Shown: piece by piece, positions 22,054-33,077 of the stretch | Position numbering within the stretch: position 1 is the stretch's first letter | Layout: each line of letters opens with the position of its first letter | Assembly (NCBI GenBank): GCA_963726455.1 | Contig: CAVSCK010000004.1 | Span: forward strand, 736,001 to 800,000 | From: an uncultured bacterium | Lineage (GTDB): Bacteria > Zixibacteria > MSB-5A5 > CAIYYT01 | Direction of reading: 5' to 3' | DNA length: 64,000 nucleotides | Translations under genes and position numbers: made by a program | Notes under the pieces: generated by a model | The model's input: the letters and a program-made list of their open reading frames with translations, nothing else | Told to the model about the DNA's origin: nothing | The model's database searches: none

Positions 22054-22866
22054 CTATTGCATGCGAATCAGTCGTCTTGGTACATCGACGCGAAATTGCC
22101 CGAATGAATATGGCGCAATCTGATAGTACCCGAAATATATGGTTACCACATCTTGATTGAAGGTAAAATTGCGATAATTCTTCGCAATCGGGCCGGCTCC
22201 TTCTGCCAGCCATTTCTCATCCGGCACATAGGACGAATCCGCCAGCGTCAACTCCGTGCGCAGTTCGGGCATACAATAGTCCGACAGTCGATTCAAGTAG
22301 CCGTTATCCTGCGGAAAGAGATCGGACAAAGTTACGCCTTCATATTTGATCAGATCATAATTGAATGGCTGTAACGACTTCACGCCGTGAGCGCCGCCTA
22401 CGTACTCATCCACCTGGAAAATGAGACTAACGAAATGTGAGTCGATCTCGCCCTTTTCGTAGTTTATGTAGAGGGAGTATCGCGACAGATCTAAAACGAT
22501 ATCAGATGCAGGCACTCCACCTGATGACTGACCGGATTGATTTTCGTATTGTCGGCGCGCCAACTCGGCTTCCCGCGCCTGAAAGCGAAATTCGTGCACT
22601 TCGTTGGCGATGTAGCTGCGCAATGTGTCGTTGATGTAGTCAGGAACATTGTCGACGCGCGGGGACTCGATGTGTATTTTGCCGTGCCTCCCTTCGTCAA
22701 TAGTGACCTGATTCGAGACGGTCACCGGCGGGCGTGAAGAACCGGAGTTCGGTTTTTTAGTGCCGCCGGAGAGGAAATCTGGGAGCGCGATAAGGAGAAA
22801 TACCAGCACAATTGCTGACCGCGAGGCGATTCGGTGGTTGAATGTGTAGGCCAGCGCGCGAGGGAT
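22054..22866 (-). CDS. DUF3298/DUF4163 (RsiV/PdaC-like) protein
   Basis: YVGGAHG, FNYDL, TLSDLF, IYFGYYQIAPYSFG. Start uncertain: GTG at 22809 or SD-led ATC at 22866. Confidence 0.75.
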   Translation of the reverse strand: MPRALAYTFNHRIASRSAIVLVFLLIALPDFLSGGTKKPNSGSSRPPVTVSNQVTIDEGRHGKIHIESPRVDNVPDYINDTLRSYIANEVHEFRFQAREAELARRQYENQSGQSSGGVPASDIVLDLSRYSLYINYEKGEIDSHFVSLIFQVDEYVGGAHGVKSLQPFNYDLIKYEGVTLSDLFPQDNGYLNRLSDYCMPELRTELTLADSSYVPDEKWLAEGAGPIAKNYRNFTFNQDVVTIYFGYYQIAPYSFGQFRVDVPRRLIRMQ

Positions 22867-22953
22867 GAGTCCCTCCTGTTTATCTTGTTACCTTAGAGTC
22901 TTAGTACTTCGATTAGACGGCAAACTGACGACCCGGGTCGCGCAGGTGCATTT

Positions 22954-23550
22954 CTACACCAGATTGATTCCGGCGGCAGGCGATTTGGCTAAGCGAATCT
23001 TCTCACGCTTTACCATTTTGATACCGCCCTCGGGGCAGGCCGAAACACAGAGCCCGCAGCCGTAACAATAGTCTCGATCCAGCGTGAGTTCCCCATCGGC
23101 CACAGTGCGCGCGAGGAAGTAGCAGACATCGACGCACTCACCGCAATCGTTGCACACTTCCAGGTTCGTGGATTCCACCAGTTCACCACGGTCACATATA
23201 TCCGTGGGGTCAAGAAAATAGCCACAGCAATCATCGCAACAGAAACAGATGCCGCCGACTTCCGCCATGTTCTTCTCATCTCGAAAGGGCCGGCTCACGA
23301 GATTCTTGGTTTCGGCCTCTCGGAGAATATCCTCGACTTGCTCACGCGTGATTTCTCGCCTGTCCGAACCGCCGCTGTCGCCATCTTCATGGCTAAATAT
23401 CAGGCAGACATCAATTCGTGACCGTCGACAGCCGTTCCGTCCTTCGCGGCAACCACAATTGGAAACCCAAAATCGCTCGCGACTGTCAATTAGCTGGCGT
23501 GCTTCGTCGAGGGTACAGACATAATGGAAGGCGATATCTTGATTACTCAC
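22954..23550 (-). CDS. 4Fe-4S dicluster domain protein
   Basis: CNDCGECVDVC and CYGCGLCVSACP, plus CGCR and ICFCCDDCC motifs. Confidence 0.85.
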   Translation of the reverse strand: MSNQDIAFHYVCTLDEARQLIDSRERFWVSNCGCREGRNGCRRSRIDVCLIFSHEDGDSGGSDRREITREQVEDILREAETKNLVSRPFRDEKNMAEVGGICFCCDDCCGYFLDPTDICDRGELVESTNLEVCNDCGECVDVCYFLARTVADGELTLDRDYCYGCGLCVSACPEGGIKMVKREKIRLAKSPAAGINLV

Positions 23551-23617
23551 GTTGTCATCCGTCTCCGAACCAATATACCATTTCGGGGCCGAAAGGCAAC
23601 TGGTATCAATAAGCTAA

Positions 23618-23884
23618 ATGGCCAAAGATGCATTCAATATTGAACGCAAAAACGATGAATCGTGTTTGAGGCCATTTATCCGGGAGGCAAACCATAGCGT
23701 GGTAACAGCAGGTGATGTATTTCAGACCGTAGTATATCAAATTGACACTGACGATCGCTTGTGCCTAACCAATGACGAATGGGACAGATTTGCATTGGCC
23801 AACGGCGCGCCGGACGAGACTGGTAATCAGGTTCTGGGCTCGCTGATTAGGTCTCGCACAGTCCGCCGCCCCAAGACCGCATGA
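23618..23884 (+). pseudogene. Probable truncated PAS-like sensor fragment
   Basis: VVYQIDTDDRLCLTNDEWDRFALANGAP...VLG resembles the start of a PAS-like domain; the ORF ends soon after. Confidence 0.35.
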
Positions 23885-23906
23885 AGACGATCCCGAGATA
23901 CCCGTG

Positions 23907-24260
23907 TCACAACCTGGTGATCTTGCGTAGCGCCACTGCGTTATTGTGTACCTCGTCGGCAGCCGAAAACAGGAACGTCACATGCTCGTGCTCTTTCAGT
24001 TCGCTTTTCAGCCGGGTGATGACGTCCTTCTTTAGACCTAGTTCCGAGCGATAGCGGCGGAGAAACTCGGTCCATTTTGCGGGATCATGCTTAAACCATT
24101 TACAGAGTTCGCCGCTGGGGGCAATTTCTTTCAACCAGAGATCTATATGCGCCCTGGTTTTCGATAAGCCACGCGGCCAGTAATGGTCTACCAGAATCCG
24201 AAATCCATCATCCGGCAAGACAGGATCGTAAGTCCTCTTAAGTGTGATGTTGGAACTGAT
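23907..24260 (-). CDS. DUF488/YeaO family protein
   Basis: ITLKRTYD...DDGFRILVDHYWPRG, WLKEIAPS, WFKHDP, HNNAVAL. The conserved N-terminus extends to an ATC at 24260 preceded by GGAGGT. Confidence 0.85.
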   Translation of the reverse strand: MSSNITLKRTYDPVLPDDGFRILVDHYWPRGLSKTRAHIDLWLKEIAPSGELCKWFKHDPAKWTEFLRRYRSELGLKKDVITRLKSELKEHEHVTFLFSAADEVHNNAVALRKITRL

Positions 24261-24329
24261 TGGCGACCTCCGAATATCCTCTTCGAGAATTCTTACGAGC
24301 GAGGGGACGAAAGCGCTAAGAGTTTATGC

Positions 24330-25163
24330 TTATCCTTTTTCGGGAGAGATAATACCGAAAACGCACTTTTCGAATTCGAGGCGTTCGCCATAATACATGC
24401 GCAGCGAAGGACAGCGATGATGGAACCCGGCATCGAGGAGAGCGCGAACAAACTCCTGCTGACATTCAGGTACGCCGATCGACAACGTCGTATCTCCATA
24501 ACGTCCGAGTAAGGTCCCCAGCAACTGAAATGCATCATGTGGCGTGCGAGCTACAAACGGGCCGATCGTTGCCCGGTTCTGAGATCGAGCCCGCACGAAC
24601 GCGTAAGCCGCGATCTTGCTTTCGCCGATGGCAATGAGCGATTCCGGCATGTCCACATGGAATCTTGCCAGAATCGCACTGCGATCCAGCATTACCGTCT
24701 CCCGGTCGAATTGCAGCAATTCGTCGAGACTCGCGCTCCGAACGACTTCTGATTTCTCTGTTGCCCTGGCCGGTGGCCTGACCATCCGGAGCGAAAGATA
24801 TTTGTCAACAAAGCCAAGTCGCCGGTAAAGACGCACGGCGCCAAACACCCCATCAAGCTCGATAGTCGACGCGCCCCGTCGGCGGAGAAATTCCAGAGCG
24901 TGCGTAAACAGTTCCTCTCCGACACCTCGGCCACGTCGGTTCTTCATCACGATCAGGGTTCCCATGAACGCATAATTGCCGTGGCAGGTAGTTGAGACAA
25001 TTCCGATTCGCCGGAATCGGTTACGCGCAATAAAACAGCCCTCCGGCTGAAGCCGCATCAAACGTTCGAAATCGGCCGGCAAGTAGCCCCAATTCTCCGC
25101 ATCGGTCATAGCAACGGCGAAGCGGAGATCGTCGGGAGTCATGGTGCTGATTCGAATTGCCAT
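24330..25163 (-). CDS. GNAT family N-acetyltransferase (tandem GNAT, YitH-like)
   Basis: RRGRGVGEEL acetyl-CoA motif, LYRRLGF, IGPFVA. Confidence 0.85.
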   Translation of the reverse strand: MAIRISTMTPDDLRFAVAMTDAENWGYLPADFERLMRLQPEGCFIARNRFRRIGIVSTTCHGNYAFMGTLIVMKNRRGRGVGEELFTHALEFLRRRGASTIELDGVFGAVRLYRRLGFVDKYLSLRMVRPPARATEKSEVVRSASLDELLQFDRETVMLDRSAILARFHVDMPESLIAIGESKIAAYAFVRARSQNRATIGPFVARTPHDAFQLLGTLLGRYGDTTLSIGVPECQQEFVRALLDAGFHHRCPSLRMYYGERLEFEKCVFGIISPEKG

Positions 25164-25334
25164 TTTTGATCCTTGTAAGCGAAAAGTACCTGCTGGTACC
25201 AGCGCTTCTAGTGTTGAATCGGACAGGTCTTAAAGTAACTCTGTTCGATAAAGTCGGCAACATATATTCGATGTCTTACGAATTGCTGTAACTCCGCCGG
25301 TGTCGGCGCGTATATTGCTGGTTGAGGAGGCACA

Positions 25335-25805
25335 ATGAATCCAGCATTACATCTGGCTATAGCTGCCAAAATGAAGAAGCAGCGAGAAGAGGAAGAGAGC
25401 ATGGCTCAGTATAGCGCTGAGGATTTGAACGGTTGGGAGTTCAAAATCGTGCGGTCGAATTTCGGACGCTTTCGCAATGAGGAAGTCGTGCGGCGCCTGA
25501 TTTCAGAGGAAGCCCAAAACGGCTGGGAGATGGTGGAAAAATTCGACGACTACCGAATACGATTCAAGCGCCGCACCGACAAGCGCGCCCTGCATTCGGG
25601 TGGCGGCACTGACCCGTATCGGACAACCTACGGCACTAGTAACGCTGTAATGCCGCTTATGGCAATCGCAGTGGCTCTGGTGTTGGCAGGAGCCATGCTC
25701 CTGTTCAGCGCCAAGGACCACGGTGACGGCACGATTATGCCCTGGATAATCCTTGGCGCGATCGTCGTGTTGGGCGCCGTTGCCGTTGTGATTAAGCGAA
25801 GGTGA
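25335..25805 (+). CDS. DUF4177-like membrane protein
   Basis: WEFKIVR, EEAQNGWEMVEKFD, RIRFKR, then two C-terminal TM helices; GAGGAGG SD. Confidence 0.65.
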   Translation: MNPALHLAIAAKMKKQREEEESMAQYSAEDLNGWEFKIVRSNFGRFRNEEVVRRLISEEAQNGWEMVEKFDDYRIRFKRRTDKRALHSGGGTDPYRTTYGTSNAVMPLMAIAVALVLAGAMLLFSAKDHGDGTIMPWIILGAIVVLGAVAVVIKRR

Positions 25806-25816
25806 AAGTTTGACAG

Positions 25817-26185
25817 ATGCATAAACCAATTCGCTTCGTTCGAGTCACAGAAGATTATGAATCAGCATACCCCGATCCGATCTTGCTGAAAGCCGGTGAC
25901 GAGGTAACAATTTCCGATCGCGAGAGCGAGTGGGCTGGATGGTTGTGGTGCGCGACCATCGACGGGCGATGCGGCTGGGTGCCGGAAGGATACCTTAGAC
26001 GCCAGGGAGACAAAGGATTCGCCCTATGCGATTACGACGCAACCGAACTCACAGCAGTCAGGGGCGAGTTATTGGAAGTGATCCTGGAAGAAAGCGAATG
26101 GTACTGGTGTCGCGATGCCGAGGGACACGAGGGCTGGCTGCCCGTATCCCATGTCGAAGAGACTGAAGAAGAAGAAGAAGAATGA
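25817..26185 (+). CDS. Tandem SH3-domain protein
   Basis: Two SH3-like units (DY...W..W.WC...G..GWVP; ALCDYDATEL...WYWC...GWLP) and an acidic tail. Confidence 0.85.
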   Translation: MHKPIRFVRVTEDYESAYPDPILLKAGDEVTISDRESEWAGWLWCATIDGRCGWVPEGYLRRQGDKGFALCDYDATELTAVRGELLEVILEESEWYWCRDAEGHEGWLPVSHVEETEEEEEE

Positions 26186-26204
26186 GATGAATAGACAATC
26201 AGTA

Positions 26205-26636
26205 CTAGTTGCGTCTGCGCCAGACCAAATGGTCCAGCGAGTACCTTCCCCCGCCGACCAACAATATCGCCACATAGACAACCAAATAGATAACCGCGAT
26301 TTCCTGCATCTGGAAACCCTTCCCGGCCAGTGCAACAAAGGCGGCGACATACATATTGATGATCAGCGCGAACGCGGCAAGGCGGGTTAAAAACCCTACG
26401 GCTATCCCAAGCGAACAAAAGAATTCCGCGAAGACAGACAGTCCCAAACTGATCGTTGGGTTGAGACCGAGGAAGCTCAGGAACTTGCCGGAGATTTCCG
26501 AGAAGTCCGTGATCTTCATCCAGCCGTGCGATAAGGCCATGATCAATCCCACCCCCAGGCGCAGCACGAGAATTCCGATGTCTACGTAGCGGGAGTTATT
26601 GTCGGTGCTCAGGATTGGTTGTAACCAGCTTTTCAT
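26205..26636 (-). CDS. DoxX family membrane protein
   Basis: LVLRLGVG, HGWMK, AEFFC, GFLTRLAA, GGGRYSLD. Confidence 0.9.
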   Translation of the reverse strand: MKSWLQPILSTDNNSRYVDIGILVLRLGVGLIMALSHGWMKITDFSEISGKFLSFLGLNPTISLGLSVFAEFFCSLGIAVGFLTRLAAFALIINMYVAAFVALAGKGFQMQEIAVIYLVVYVAILLVGGGRYSLDHLVWRRRN

Positions 26637-26952
26637 CTTGCCTCGCTTTGCATTTCAATATTACTGTTACAACTCATTTACGTGCACAAGTCAGGCGCCG
26701 TTGGCCTGCCCGGCTATCGGGCATCAGACCAGCAGGTTTACGCCGGCGTGAAGTTACCAATTGCTGACGAAGAATTTCTTAGGCTCTTCGAGCGGCACTT
26801 GGTTGACGCGCCAAGTAGTGCTGGAATAGGCGACTAGAAGTGCCGCAGATGCGCCGACGCCCAGGAACGGCGTAATGAGGACCTCGCCCTTCATTGGGAA
26901 CAACAATCCCCACAGTCGCACGCGGCAGTGCGCGCGCAATACTTTCTATCGC

Positions 26953-29900
26953 CTAGCACCCTGCGCATGGAGCCGGTCCGCCTGAAAAGATGAACTGAAT
27001 CAGGTATACCACGTCGGATATGTCGACCGCCTGATCGCAGTTGGCATCACCGGCAATCACTGGATTTGGCGCCGGTCCACCGGAGAATATGTACTGAATG
27101 AGGTAGACCGCATCCGAGATGTCAATTGCGCCATCGCCCGAGGCTTCGCCGCATAAGAAGGAAACAATGTACGCCGCGAACGTTCGTGAGTATTCTCCTG
27201 CCACGCCTCCCTGATAAGATCGAATCCTCCAGTAATAGACGGAATCGGCCCCAAGATCTGTCGGCAATTGGTAACTCGGACCTGTCAGTCCGGACACGTC
27301 ACAGATCGGCGACCGGAAGTCATAGTATCGATCGAGTTGAAACTGGAAACTGTCCGCCGGCATAATCTTCGTTGCCAAGCCGCTCCAATTGAACGTGGGC
27401 TGAGAGCCGGCTACCGGTTGGCCGTTAGGAGGCCAGATCGACGATGCCGGTTCCATGTCATAGTAAAACACTATTGTGTCGCCTGCCGGAGGATTCGGGT
27501 AATTCAGGAACATAGTATTCTGACTGGTACCGTCGATTCGGATACCCGCGGTGAAGCGACTGTCGCCGGGTATATTCGCGCGCGACGTAATCACCACCTG
27601 ATATTCGCCATATTGCAGGTTGTAGTCCACCGCGGCCTCGTCCAGGGAACTGTCCCCATCAGCGTCAAGTCGCCAGTAATCCGAGCCCGCGACCGTTCTA
27701 ATATTTCGCGATATTTGGCGAAACTCAGGGTTCTGCACACTAACCGCTACGCTCCGATATCCCGTCGTTATCATCTCCGGATTCAACACGGGCGCATCCG
27801 GCATCATGCTGAACGCAAGCCACATGCTTTCCACTACCATTAAGGAACCGGTTACGAAATCTGAATTGCCGTCACGATCAAAGTCATTGGTCGACAAGCT
27901 AAATGGGTTTCCGATGCCGGGTAATGGCACGTACTGCGTGGACTCGTAGCCACCCTGATCATCTAGAAAGATAAGTTGCAGCCGGTGGCCTACGGAGTGT
28001 CCCGTCTGCGGTCGCCAGATCAAGATGCCTATCTCGGTTGAAATCAGAGGCGACCACGGTGTAGGCTATACCGGGAACCATGATCGTGTCCACGCGCAGC
28101 ATCCCGCCATTCCCGTCGCCAAAACCGACGAGTACGAAACTCGAGTCTGTTCCGGTCCCCGGGGCGTATGGATAAATCATTGCAAAGTCGGCTCGACCGT
28201 CGCTGTTAAAATCGGCAAGAGCATTTGCCGTCGTGACGCTGTATGCATTAAGACCTATGGGAAGGCTCCAAGTTTGCTCAAATGTTCCATCATTCTTTCC
28301 GAGGTACAGATTTATTGAACTCCAGGCAGCGACGAGATCGTCTATTCCATCGTTGTTGAAATCAGCAATCGCGACGGTTTGGAAGTCATAGGGAGTCGGA
28401 CAACAATAGGAAAAACCTCCCTGCCCATCGCCAAGATAGACTTCCCTCGGCGCTACTACCATGTCGAGGTAGGCATCGTCATTGAAATATCCCAGGGCAA
28501 CGCTATTTATGGACAATCCCTGATGTGGAATGGACACTCGTATCGAACGTTCGATCACCGCGATTCAGCATAACCCTGATTGTACTGTTACTCTCTGTCA
28601 CGATATCAAGAAGAGTATCTCCGTCGACGAAACCAAAGGCAATGGCACAGTCTACGCCACCAGACTGATAGTCTATCGGCGGATCAAAAGTACCGTCGCC
28701 GTGTCCCCAACAGATTCCTAGTTTGTCGTAGCTTACGCTCGAGTATACTATGTCAACGTTATTGTCGTAATCAAGGTCTGCCGTCATGAGACTCAGGATA
28801 TTTGTCTGGAAGTCAGACATCTGTACATCATAGTCCAGACTGTCACGAACACTGATGTAATTTGATTTCGTAAGCGAATCAGATCCGCTTGTGTTCGTGA
28901 TTATGAGGCTCACCGAGTACTTGCCCGTATCGGCATACTGGTGCACTGGATTTGGTGCCGTGCTGGAAGTATTGTCTCCGAACAGCCATTTCCATTGCGT
29001 AATCGGGGCTAATGACTGAGACGAGTCCGAAAACGCAATGGCCTGCGATGGAAGTGTCACGCGAGGTCGGCCTGTGAACATTGGCGTAAGGTTATCGCAG
29101 GCATTACCCATTCCATCGCCGTCGCCGTCCGACTGATTGGGATTGGCAGCAGTCGGGCAATTGTCACATACATTGCCCACGCCGTCGCCGTCACTATCCT
29201 GCTGGGTTGGATTGGCCAGATTGGGGCAATTGTCGCATGCGTCGCCTTTGCCGTCGCTATCCGAGTCCAATTGATCCGGATTAGATGCAGTTGGGCAGTT
29301 GTCGCAAACGTTGCCTATGTCATCATTGTCGGAGTCAGCCTGGTCGGGGTTGGCTATTGTGGGACAGTTGTCCGACGAATCGGGCACCCCGTCCTCATCC
29401 GAGTCCGCTATTCCAGGTTTGATCACCCAAGAGCCGCTCGGACTTCCCCAACTGACCGCAGGAGAAATGCTGTGAAAAAGCGAATCCGTCCACTTCCATG
29501 ACCCTGCTGGTAGAACGTATCCCGTGTCAACCGAAATCGTGCCAGGGGTCTCACCGGTTGGAGAAAATGCTTTGAAGTGAAATGACACCATGTGTTGCAG
29601 CGGCCCCGAGCTCATCCCCGCAGTCACGGAACTTCCGCCGATGAGAATGGTGTCCGGCGAGGAACCGTTGAAACTGTGCTCAAGAACATGAAAACCTCCT
29701 AGATTCCATATCGCATCGGGCGGATACATGCGACTCCCAGGAACGACGGTGACCACGGCGGAAGGGCCGTAGCCCCCCGCTTGTGCCATCCATTGCCAGG
29801 TGGCGCCATTACCCGATTTGAAGAGAAAACCCATCGATGCGCCCAATATTCTCACGTCGTTTTCAATCCAAATCCGGACTATGTAATCGTGATCAGAGAG

Positions 29901-30095
29901 CAATGTGTCGACGGGGGTGCTGGTTCCTTCTTTAGCTATGTCTATATAGACTCCGTTCCCTGCAAATCCAGGTGTCGCGGTTGCGAGAATCCCGACAAGG
30001 AATGACACAAACCATGATATCGTAATCCGATTTATCATGCGCGATCGACAATGGGATCGAAGCGACACGACTGACCTCCTTTGGGAAATCTGCAT
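26953..30095 (-). CDS. Large secreted modular protein: cohesin-like domain, thrombospondin type-3 repeats, PKD, FG-GAP/VCBS repeats, C-terminal dockerin-like domain (apparent frameshifts about 28538 and 28000)
   Basis: Three consecutive ORFs form one architecture: signal peptide; DNCPxxxNPDQxDSDxDxxGxxC repeats; WLFGD...NPVHQY PKD; DFNNDG/DFNSDG/DFNRD repeats; GDANCDQAVDISDVVYLIQFIFSGGPAPC. Confidence 0.85.
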
Positions 30096-30468
30096 ACAGG
30101 TGCCCGATGCTAGTTAACGTAGTAAATAATTACTACTTAATGTAGCGATTTAGGCGGCAATGTCAATCGATATTGCGGTTGCGATAGGAAGCGATACTGT
30201 CAAGTCGATTGTGTAAATCGGCATTCGGGTACCTCCCATAACATTGTTCTACTAAACAAGGACATACCCGTTTGCTTTCTCAAGTCCAAATTTACACAGA
30301 AGAATTTACGGTATGTGCCTACAAGTTTAATCGGTTCTGACAGTGCCATCTCCCCAAATGAATTACAGCGCATTGCAAGACAACATAAGTCCCGTTCGTT
30401 CAGTCGTGAGATTATCCGAGGACGGTTTAGGTTCATTCGAACGAAAAGCAGAGTGCGTATATGAAAGT

Positions 30469-31185
30469 ATGCGCAGAGTTGTTATCCTGTATCTATTCGG
30501 TTCCCTATTGACTGCGACAGCGTACGGACATCGGGACGATTACATCAATGAGACATTCGTGTTTCGCACGCTCGACCGGCACGAGTTGGAGTTGGAATAT
30601 TGGTTTGACTACCATCATTTGAATCAAAGTAACCGGGGATACTATCAGCACACTGCGTCGGTTGAATTCGGATTTACTGATTATTGGATGGCCGACGTCG
30701 CTCTCAACTTCTCTGACCAGCTCAGGCGGAGTGATTATGGTCTGACACGGCTGCGCTTCGAAACCCGACGCAGGTTCGGCGAAGAGGGCGAGCACGTCAT
30801 CGACTTTGCTTCTTCGATGGAATTGGAGGCCGAGAAGGATGTTGACCGCTGGAACTACCAGTTGACCCCGAGAGCGGTGCTCTCCAAGGATTTCGCCACC
30901 AAGTTGAATACGACATTGAATCTCTTTGTTGGCATCGGAACGGGTGACAAGACTACTCTCAACCCCGGATACAACTTCGGCATAAGGTATCCTTCCGAAG
31001 GAATTCTGCGCGTCGGCGGGGAGCTGATTCAGCAATGGGACGAGCACCAGCGCACGAGTGGCCTCATAATCCCGCAGCTGTGGATTCTTCCCCGACCGGA
31101 GGATGTGATCAAGATCGGCTACGCCAAAGCATTCGGATCGGAAGAGAACTACTTCTTGCGCGTGGCGATCGAAATAGGATTGTGA
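30469..31185 (+). CDS. Putative outer-membrane beta-barrel protein
   Basis: Signal peptide, amphipathic strands (ELELEYWFDY, VEFGFTDYW), C-terminal LRVAIEIGL. Confidence 0.65.
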   Translation: MRRVVILYLFGSLLTATAYGHRDDYINETFVFRTLDRHELELEYWFDYHHLNQSNRGYYQHTASVEFGFTDYWMADVALNFSDQLRRSDYGLTRLRFETRRRFGEEGEHVIDFASSMELEAEKDVDRWNYQLTPRAVLSKDFATKLNTTLNLFVGIGTGDKTTLNPGYNFGIRYPSEGILRVGGELIQQWDEHQRTSGLIIPQLWILPRPEDVIKIGYAKAFGSEENYFLRVAIEIGL

Positions 31186-31256
31186 CTTTTCGTTTCCCCG
31201 CCATGACTCTGATCGCGTGGCTGCGCTGATCGAACCGTCTGCCTGCTTCCCCATTT

Positions 31257-31295
31257 CAAACAAAAACCCCTGCCGTTTCCAGCAGGGGTTTGTAT
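31257..31295 (-). terminator. Intrinsic terminator, third copy of the 16S terminator sequence
   Basis: AAACCCCTGCCG-TTTC-CAGCAGGGGTTT; GAAA loop and U-tract on the minus strand; sits between convergent genes. Confidence 0.75.
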
Positions 31296-31333
31296 TTCGC
31301 GAACGAATGCGGAAATCCGCTGGGATTGTCCGA

Positions 31334-32023
31334 CTAATTTCCACCTTCCATCGAGATCGGTCTGATCTCCATGGTGTCGGGCGAAACGGGCTGTATCGGC
31401 TTTTGGGTAGCCGTGCTCAGACTGTCAAGAGTGGTCTTGAGGTTGTCAAAACTCGGTTCTACATTAACCGGTTTCTTCGCCTTGCCGGAAGCAAACAACA
31501 CTTGCAGGAAATTTCGCTTGGTCGCATCATGTTTGTACTTGGCATACCAGGGTTTGATATTGTCGATGAAATCCGATTTAACCTGCGACATGACTTTTGC
31601 GTTGCCAAGTTCCTGCCGAACCTGGGTGAGCGTGATATTCGTGTCGGAGAAAACAGAATTGATTTCGGCTAGCAGTGAATCGCGCCGGAACACCTCGTAC
31701 TTCGAGGATTGTTCGAGTTGCGCATAGTTCTTGTTCAGCTCCTCAACCTTGCGCGTCAACCCGGCGATATTCTTTGATGCTTTTTGATTTTGTTCAGTGA
31801 GTGTCTGAATCTTTTCGTTCGCGTTACCCCCAAGCTGCATCACCACCTGCAAGCTGTCCGACTTTGCGGCCAGTTGCATGCGTATGGCCGTGAGACTATC
31901 TGATTGGGCGGTGATCTGTGACGTCGCCTGTTGATAGCGCGTCTCCAGCTCCTTGTTCGAGCACCCGCTCACGGCAAGCAGTGTCGTCAATCCGACGACA
32001 GCGGCTGAGAGAATTTTCTTCAT
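31334..32023 (-). CDS. Coiled-coil lipoprotein
   Basis: MKK...LLAVSGC lipobox; heptad-rich central region; AGGAG SD. Confidence 0.75.
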   Translation of the reverse strand: MKKILSAAVVGLTTLLAVSGCSNKELETRYQQATSQITAQSDSLTAIRMQLAAKSDSLQVVMQLGGNANEKIQTLTEQNQKASKNIAGLTRKVEELNKNYAQLEQSSKYEVFRRDSLLAEINSVFSDTNITLTQVRQELGNAKVMSQVKSDFIDNIKPWYAKYKHDATKRNFLQVLFASGKAKKPVNVEPSFDNLKTTLDSLSTATQKPIQPVSPDTMEIRPISMEGGN

Positions 32024-32326
32024 AATTAAACTCCTATGATCCTGGTTAACACTTCATGGCCCAAGTTTCGAGTCCCTATTGCTGGCTTCTAGCCATAGAC
32101 CGTAATTTTGAATCGGGAGGTGTCCGATTCGACAAGACCTACAGAAAGTACGACGGTTCTACCCCGAAATTGTTGAATCGTTTCGGGAATGTTGAATTCC
32201 CTCAGGTAAGTCGTTGAGAGACAGTGAGTGAAAAAATTTGCATCAAAACTGCCGCGAGCATTAATGCCAAAACAAAAACGGTTTTGACTCACGAACAATT
32301 AGATAATAAGTCGGCGCCGAAACTGA

Positions 32327-32358
32327 AAGCCCCACCAGCGTTGTCGCTGACGGGGCTT
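32327..32358 (-). terminator. Hairpin downstream of the PEP-CTERM gene
   Basis: AAGCCCC-ACCAGCG/CGCTGAC-GGGGCTT imperfect stem. Confidence 0.5.
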
Positions 32359-32393
32359 CATCAATTTGCTCGCAGATCGAATCTATGCCAGCT

Positions 32394-33077
32394 TTACTTC
32401 TTGAACAGCACAACTCCAATGCTGAGCAGGCCAAGACCAAGCAGAATCAGTGTGCCTGGCTCTGGAACCGTCGGCTGCGGCTCAAGGTCGGAGAAGAAAT
32501 TCAACTGGAAACCGGACTGAACAACATGCCGCTCGGCAAAGAAGATGTCGATGTCATGCCAACCTTGAGTAAGATTAATGTTGTAGTTGTCATAGGTTAT
32601 GCCATGCACTCCGCCCAGATCAAGGACCAGGCTCTTGTCAATGAACAACCAGGAATCGTCATCGGAACCCATGCTGTAAGTATAATTCAGGTCTGAGGCG
32701 ACATAGAATTTCCCCGTCCACTTAACCGCGAAATCCTGGGGATCCCCCGGCAAGCCGGTGTTGATTATGCTTGGAAACCAGGAATTGGCGAAGTTCGACT
32801 GAAGATCAACATCGGAGTCGATTCTCTGTCCGACTTTGTACTGGTCAGTCCACCAATCCCACTGCTGCACCCGCGTGGCGCCGTAAGCACTGAGTGTCGG
32901 CATGTTACCGACGAGCGCGTTTTCCACATAGCCCTGATCGAGACCGGTGATCCAGCGTTCCATGTCAGGGTGCTGGTTGCTCAGATTATAGTATGTACCC
33001 AGCAATCCGGCTTGAGCGCTGGCAGTAACCAGAAGCAGCGACATCAAGACCAAAACCGCGATTGAAAATCTCTTCAC
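32394..33077 (-). CDS. PA14/fibro-slime domain PEP-CTERM protein
   Basis: Signal peptide; HPDME, GSDDDSWLFIDKSLVLDLGGVH, FFAERH; VPEPGTLILLGLGLL...KK sorting signal. Confidence 0.9.
   Translation of the reverse strand: MKRFSIAVLVLMSLLLVTASAQAGLLGTYYNLSNQHPDMERWITGLDQGYVENALVGNMPTLSAYGATRVQQWDWWTDQYKVGQRIDSDVDLQSNFANSWFPSIINTGLPGDPQDFAVKWTGKFYVASDLNYTYSMGSDDDSWLFIDKSLVLDLGGVHGITYDNYNINLTQGWHDIDIFFAERHVVQSGFQLNFFSDLEPQPTVPEPGTLILLGLGLLSIGVVLFKK

Noticed and set aside
29090-29410. Regularly spaced repeats as a CRISPR array
   Set aside because: They are in-frame thrombospondin type-3 coding repeats. I saw no repeat-spacer array or cas gene anywhere in the window.
30505-31344. 279-aa minus-strand ORF
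   Set aside because: Antisense to the beta-barrel gene and crosses a terminator.
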